From Octopus vulgaris (lineage: Eukaryota): DNA of 64,000 nt. The notes under the pieces are model-generated. The model made no database searches. It was not told the origin of the DNA and saw nothing but the letters and a program-made list of their open reading frames with translations. Numbering within the stretch: position 1 is the stretch's first letter; every line of letters begins with the position of its first letter. Position numbers and translations under genes: made by a program. Shown here piece by piece: positions 57,816-64,000 of the stretch. Location: the NCBI GenBank assembly GCA_951406725.2, contig OX597834.1:11966001-12030000 (forward strand), given 5' to 3'.

Positions 57816-58467
57816 CTAGCAAAACGCCCTCCCCCTCGTCCAATGGATGGTGCTGAGTTGTCAAATATTTAAACCGAATTTTCTCAAAACAACTTGTCCG
57901 ACCGTCCCATAGGCCTCTCCTTTTGATGAAAATTTTCAAAAACTTTTCCTAAATTTTGATGAAAATTTTCAAAAAAACCTTTCAAAAATTTTGATGAAAA
58001 CTTTAAGAAAAATTTCCACAGAAACACTGATTTAACCTAAATTTGAGACACCAGCAAAAGAAGAAAGAAAGATAGACTTTTTTCTATTCCAAAGAAAACC
58101 GATTATATTCACACAAACATGCAACCATAAAAGTTTAAAGTACCAGTAATGATAAGGCTGTTGACTGGGAGAACACAAACATGGTTTAAACAGTAAGCTT
58201 GGCAGGAAAGAAACGTGCCTTTAAGCAGTACAAAATCAACAAAAAAATGGAAGGTGCAGTTATGTACAGGTTGATGGAAGAAAAGCAGGACAAAAACGGT
58301 TTTATCGATTGTATTCTCACCTGGAATCGATTTTTGTAATTTTTGCAAGACTTATGCACGCCCTGATACCGTCGGTATCTACATATCAAATTTGAGCGCA
58401 ATCAGACGGAGGATGATCGAGATCCTAGAAGTCATACACACAGACAGAACGGATATTATATAATAGA
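57816..58467 (-). mobile_element. non-autonomous Helitron with intact termini
   Basis: Minus strand A|TCtattatata...CTAG|T, no TSD, subterminal hairpin cgtcc-aat-ggatg, internal triple repeat ttttgatgaaaattttcaaaaa. Confidence 0.75.
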
Positions 58468-58477
58468 TTTATCATCA

Positions 58478-58610
58478 CGCTGAGGTCGACTTTGCCTTTC
58501 ATACTTTCAGGGTGTTTTATGTAAGTAACAGTTTATCACTGGGGCCGATGTAATGTACTTAACCCCTGCCTCGAGGTTGCTAGCGTTGTCCTAAATTTGA
58601 AACCAATATA
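58478..58610 (+). mobile_element. old family B SINE lacking its head
   Basis: gaggtcgactttgcctttcatactttcaggg...cactggggccgatgtaat...aaatttgaaaccaat. Confidence 0.7.
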
Positions 58611-58854
58611 TCAACCAATATTTGTCACTAAAATATGTATATTTTTTTAATGAGATTCATAAGAAGCTAAAACATCAATGTAGTTTGGAAAACTATAATG
58701 GCTGTCGTAGAAAATTTGTAAAGTGTTGAATAATTTCTTAATACATCGAATGTGCCATGGACTGAAATGCATTTATACATACATTTATACGTGAATGGGG
58801 TCGGTAGATCACTGTTATTCAATGATGGGTATCACTTTGTTCCATCAAAGGAGT

Positions 58855-59267
58855 TATGTTCCCCAGAATTAACATATGTGTGGTTGATCATTCCACAAAC
58901 CCGTATAGTCCCAATGTAATTGTCGGGCGTTCTACACTAGGCATTACGAGGCTATACATTTTTAATTAGTGGTACAATTTACCTCAACGAGATCTATAAA
59001 ATCAGCGTATAACTAATTTCATTCACAACATATGGCTGTAGACCTGGGTAAGGAAAATGTTAGGTGTTCCTTAATCAAAATACATGCGGTTGATCATTCC
59101 ACAAACCCGTATAATCGCAATGTAATTCTCGCATCCTACACTGTACATTACAAAGGCTTTCACTTTTTAATTACAGGTACAATTTACCTCAGAGAGGTCT
59201 ATAAGATCAGCGTCTAACAAATTTCATTCACAACATATGGCTGTGGACGTGGGTACCGAAAATGTCG
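58855..59267. repeat. diverged tandem duplication, period 206 bp
   Basis: gttgatcattccacaaacccgtata at 58883 and 59089; aatttcattcacaacatatggctgt in both units. Confidence 0.9.
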
Positions 59268-59509
59268 TTTTTACAAGTTGCTTTACATTGAAATTTCATT
59301 TCTGGTCTTGTGTTTGCGAACCAATCTCCTCAATCGTTCAACCATGCTCTCTATACATTAATAGAAGCCCCCCCCCCACACACACACACACGCGCGCGCG
59401 CAAAAACACACACCCGCACGCACCACGCACGCAAACCTACAAAAAATCCATACGCATACACCCTTATATAAAGCCATACACATTTATATAAATATTTATT
59501 TATATGCAT

Positions 59510-59723
59510 ATATATATGTGTGTGCGTGTATGTTTGTGTGTCTGTGTTTGTCCCCCTAGCATTGCTTGACAACCGATGCTGGTGTGTTTATGTCCCCCGT
59601 TACTTAGCGGTTCGGAAAAAAGAGACCGATAGAATAAGTCCCGGGGTCGATTTGCTCGATCAAATGCGGTGCTCCAGCTTGGCCGCAGTCAAATGACTGA
59701 AACAAGTAAAAGTAAAGTAAAAG
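59510..59723 (+). mobile_element. SINE family A, 3' half
   Basis: Begins at the internal microsatellite; has a deletion between the two agaataagt motifs; tail cagtcaaatgactgaaacaagtaaaag. Confidence 0.9.
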
Positions 59724-60184
59724 GAAGTAATATCAGTATGCATTCACGCATGCGTGTTTTTCAGTCCAGTATAAGACCGTCGTGTTTTCGTCCTTCGTTG
59801 TGTACATACGAACTGAAGCACAAGTACAATTGTCCTGATTATATCAAATTTAATTACAAGGGATTTGTAAAAACATCTTTATTAACCTATTTTACATCAT
59901 TTCCGAATGAGGATGGAGAGGATGGTAGAAGTGTCGTGATTCAAACAGCGTCTCTGGAACGTTATATATATTTAAGCATAGGAAGAAAACGACAGAGAAA
60001 TTTTTCTGTAATGGAAAAAGTATTTAGGAAAAAGTAAGTGTATATGGCGTATATGTACACACATACACGACCTTATATATGTATAGAATAAGAAAGAGAG
60101 GAGGAGGAAGGATAAAGGGAAGGAAAGCGAAAGATGTACCATAATATAAACATATGTATGTTTCAGTGTGTGTGTGTGCGTGTG

Positions 60185-60544
60185 TAAATATATATATGTA
60201 TACATATATATGTATACATATATATGTATACATATATATGTATATATATAGGTGTATATATATACATATGTATATGTATGTATATATATACATATGTATA
60301 TGTATGTATATATATATACGTATATATACGTATATATATGTATATGTATATATGTATATATATATAAATATATATATATGTATGTATGTATATATATATA
60401 AATATATATATGTATGTATCTATATATATTTATGTATGTATATATATTTATGTATGTATGTATATATATTTATGTATGTATGTATATATATTTATGTATG
60501 TATGTATATATATTTATGTATGTATGTATATATATATATATATA

Positions 60545-60588
<44 letters not shown>

Positions 60589-60625
60589 TACAGCTACATT
60601 CATATATACACACAGACACATACAT
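60185..60625. repeat. (TA)n/(TATG)n tract
   Basis: Directly visible. Confidence 0.95.
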
Positions 60626-61383
60626 AGAAAGTCACATGTGTATACGCGAGATACTCCTTTATCATATTTGTTTTTTCTTTAATTTCATAAGACAGCGGGT
60701 ATTGTGATTGCGCTTTCCATTTATTCATTAAGTGATAGTATAATTAGAAAATGATTTAATAGAACATGATTAACTTAAAGACTTGTCTTGATAGTATCGT
60801 GCAGTAATTTAATCGGATGTATGTATTAAAAGCGTCTTTACTTGAATGGAACATACGGATTTTCCTAATCAATAATATATATTCTGTAGGATGGGAAAAT
60901 ATTATCAGAATGTTCATGATGTACAACCATGCTTTAATGCAAGAACTCAAAATCAATTTATAATGTATTTACTACGCTCCTTCTATTTTGCCTTTGGGTT
61001 TGCATTGATCTATCTTTTAATTATTTGAAAGAAACTTTGAGCAGACAGATTCAAGGAGACACGGTGACTGTAGATTTGCAGAAATTTTGCAGTTCTGAAA
61101 TTTTGGTTTTTATATGAATGCATTCATTGCTCCACTTTGAGAAAATCAAAAGCCGTTTGTGGTATTTGATTCCTTATTGAATTAGCTGGTCTAATTACTC
61201 AAGGAAAATGAAACAAGATGTTGCTGAAGATTTTATCTCTAAATGATTAATGCTGTAACTGCGTATGTTGAACGGCCTTGTGTTTAAAGAGTTTACCCTG
61301 CAATAACTTGGTTCAATGAATGATTCCTCTGTGCAGGGAAATATTCAAATGATGTTCCTACCAGATTTATTAGCCATATCTAA

Positions 61384-61708
61384 AATGATAATAGAAGGCC
61401 TTCGGAGAAACAGCATCAGATGCTGGGCAATCGTATGAATCTTTTAATTCGGTTTCTACCCAGGATTTTTACACAATTGTGGTTTCTGTAGTGTCAGCTG
61501 CTACATACAACAATTCGAACCACCTTTTGAATTTATGGACAAACAATATATTTTTATAGGTTGCTTTTGCCCTACAGAATACAAGATTATGAAAAGATTT
61601 GAGCTTTCAAGGCCTTTGAGCCTCGAAGTCTTGCACCTTCATCAGAGGTCTTGTACCATGTTTTTTTGCTTTTTTTTGAGACTTAAGATTTTTCATACAC
61701 CCTTCGTA
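61384..61708 (+). mobile_element. degenerate mariner-like remnant
   Basis: Frame KAFGETASDAGQSYE (61395-61439) resembles the mariner N-terminal HTH motif AFGE..S...VYEW; right end tttcatacacccttcgta resembles a mariner TIR plus TA. Left TIR not found. Confidence 0.4.
61594..61652 (-). ncRNA. type I hammerhead-like motif with canonical core
   Basis: Minus strand aagacct-CTGATGA-aggt...gcctt-GAAA-gc-TC-aaatctt; stem I is 5/7 paired. Confidence 0.5.
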
Positions 61709-61743
61709 CACAGATGCTGCAAATATTTGAAATATTGTGAAAT

Positions 61744-62100
61744 AAGGATTTGCTTCCCAAACTCCTGGTGCCGGGTTCGGTCCCATTACGTGGTGGCATG
61801 AGTAAATGAATTCTATAACACTAGGCGGACCAAAGGTATGAGTGGATTTAATAGACAAATCTTAAAGAAGATCGTCTTATTTACACGACTGTGTGTGTAT
61901 GTGTGAATGTGTATGCATGTGTATGTGTTTGGATATGTGCGTGTGCCTATACTCCTTGCTTTTGTCTCAGAAAGCCTCTTCTATGGTATTGAATCCTGTT
62001 CTTCCCAGAAAGTAGCGGTTCGACAAGCAGGAAAAACAGAACTAAATACAGGATTTCCAACTATTACCTGTTTGAAATCGATTAACTCAAAACCAGCAAC
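61744..62100 (+). mobile_element. old degenerate SINE family A
   Basis: ccgggttcggtcccattacgtgg, tgagtggattt, tagcggttcg. Confidence 0.6.
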
Positions 62101-62214
62101 TGAGGCCAGGAAAGGAATAAAGGATTATCTATCTGCAAATATATATCTTTACGTGTGTGTGCTCGTGTTCCTACTGTACGTTTGTGTGTATACATACATA
62201 ATATATATATATAC

Positions 62215-62273
<59 letters not shown>

Positions 62274-62292
62274 AAACACACAGTAGTAGTAA

Positions 62293-62337
<45 letters not shown>

Positions 62338-62446
62338 CAGCAATAATCCATGGAAGGAATTATATAATTTTTTTAATATTTCAATGCATATTTATAAATT
62401 GCATCCATGGATTATTACTATCACTATATATATATATATATATATA

Positions 62447-62607
62447 GGTGTAGCTGTGCGGTAAGAAGCTTGCTTCACAACTACATAGTTCTGGGTTCAG
62501 TCCCACTGCGTGGCAATTTGGGCATGTGTCTCCTGCTATAACCTCGGACCGAACAAAGCCTTGTGGGTGGATTTGGTAGACAGAAACCGAGAAAAGCCCG
62601 TCGTATA
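62447..62607 (+). mobile_element. SINE family A, head half
   Basis: gctgtgcggtaagaagcttgctt...gggttcagtcccactgcgtggc...gcccgtcgtata. Confidence 0.85.
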
Positions 62608-62663
62608 CATACAACATATATACATACATACATACTTACATATATACATACATACATACTTAC

Positions 62664-62716
<53 letters not shown>

Positions 62717-62777
62717 GTGTGTGTGTGTGTGTGTATGTTGATATAGATATAAAAGGGAGAGTGAGAGAGAAAGACAA

Positions 62778-62940
62778 GACGGACTTCCGAACAGTATCCA
62801 TTTATCAGATTCAGTAACAAGTTATTGGTAGACTTAGAGCTGTTATAGAAGACACAAGGCCGAAGGTGCCTTAGTACTGAACCCGAAAGTGAAACCTCTT
62901 GGTTCTAAAGAGGTATTCTTAAGCGCACAGATATGCCTGA
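62778..62940 (-). mobile_element. degenerate SINE family A head, inverted relative to 62447-62607
   Basis: tagaagacac...aaggtgcc...actgaacccgaa...gcacagatatgcctg. Confidence 0.5.
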
Positions 62941-64000
62941 ACTTGAAAGCAAGTATTTCTACAAAAATTCATATCGCCGGTAGAGTACGAAACTACGACA
63001 TCTGAGGAATGAAGTGAAACGCTATGTATAGTGTTTTGTCTTGTAACCTACAACATTCGCCATCGCCCAGACCAACTCCGTAACTAAGTAAATTAATAGA
63101 TTGTAAGAAAAAACATAAAATGGAAAATTTGTTTTGAAAGCGAAGATGAATTATGTCATTAAAGAGAACTCGAGTAATATAGATGCTATATTACACGCAG
63201 ACTTACTGCGTAGTTTCACCTTTCACTTGTGCGTAAACTATCACACTAAAATAGTTTTAAAATATATATAACAAAAGAAGAAATTTAAAAAAAGAAGCAA
63301 TGCAAACTGAAGCTGCTATTGATACGAGAAGAGGAGAAAATGAAATGAATCTTTCATTTCAGAGTCTCATTTAGCTGTCGCTAAGTAACATCAAATTTAA
63401 TTAGATTTTATATTTTTATAGTTTATCAAGTTTTTACGCATCGATTTCAATTGTCATTTTTGAGTTGTTCTTAAGTATTACATTTCTTTTATATTTCTCT
63501 AATTTATAGAATTTTGCTTCTATAATTATTATTTTTGCTTCATTTTTATTTATTTCTCTCATCAGGTTACAAGTCACAATTTTTGCACAACACAAAGAAG
63601 ACCATTAGCTGCCTAGTTGCCAATAAAATTATCGAAGTTCACAGTAAATGCTCATCTATAAATGAGAATAGACAATTATAACTAATGTATGCATGTATAG
63701 AATGAAAACATTTCACTAAAGGCTGCTGACTTCTTTGATTTATCTATATAGGTGCTACATCATTTCACCATGATTTATTGGTTAGCAAAGTATTTCTTCA
63801 AAAAATTACAGAAACGCCATTTTATTCAGTAAAGAGTCATATCCGTTTAATCATGTTGAAAATCAGAAAACAAATCATTCTTAATGGGGGTACATTTATA
63901 CAAGTTAGAAACAAGCCAAGATTTAATTTACAGTAAACACAGACTTTTTCAAAAGCAATATACACACAAACTCGTGTTCACACACGCACATCTATATACA

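Noticed and set aside
62995-63030. ctgagga...gaaacgc as a hammerhead
   Set aside because: Two-bp stem II and no UH in register with stem I; more likely decayed repeat sequence.
63545-63620. Acceptor-like tttctctcatcag followed by a short ORF
   Set aside because: Short frames and no donor or homology support.

Overview
AT-rich eukaryotic non-coding DNA dominated by (TA)n/(CA)n/(TACA)n/trinucleotide microsatellites and interspersed repeats. The repeat landscape looks like a coleoid cephalopod (Octopus-type) genome; this is inferred from recalled SINE families, not proven. Nearly all ORFs in the supplied track are microsatellite artefacts, and no host gene can be firmly called (one 75-nt candidate exon). 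Real content: a 5'-truncated CR1-type LINE with an open RT C-terminal frame inside a ~3.7-kb (TA)n field, RTE-type LINE remnants, at least five modular tRNA-derived SINE families, a TTAA-flanked piggyBac-like element, two non-autonomous Helitrons, a mariner remnant and Penelope-like segments. Most notable observations: (1) five hammerhead-ribozyme-like motifs, mostly with variant cores; (2) a SINE whose 3' tail matches the 3' end of the LINE in the same window, with compensatory changes in a terminal stem-loop; (3) a SINE found as TSD-flanked dimers/trimers with a recurrent junction; (4) a ~100-bp spacerless palindrome nested inside an inverted SINE pair. All alignments were done by eye, so boundaries are approximate unless a motif is quoted.
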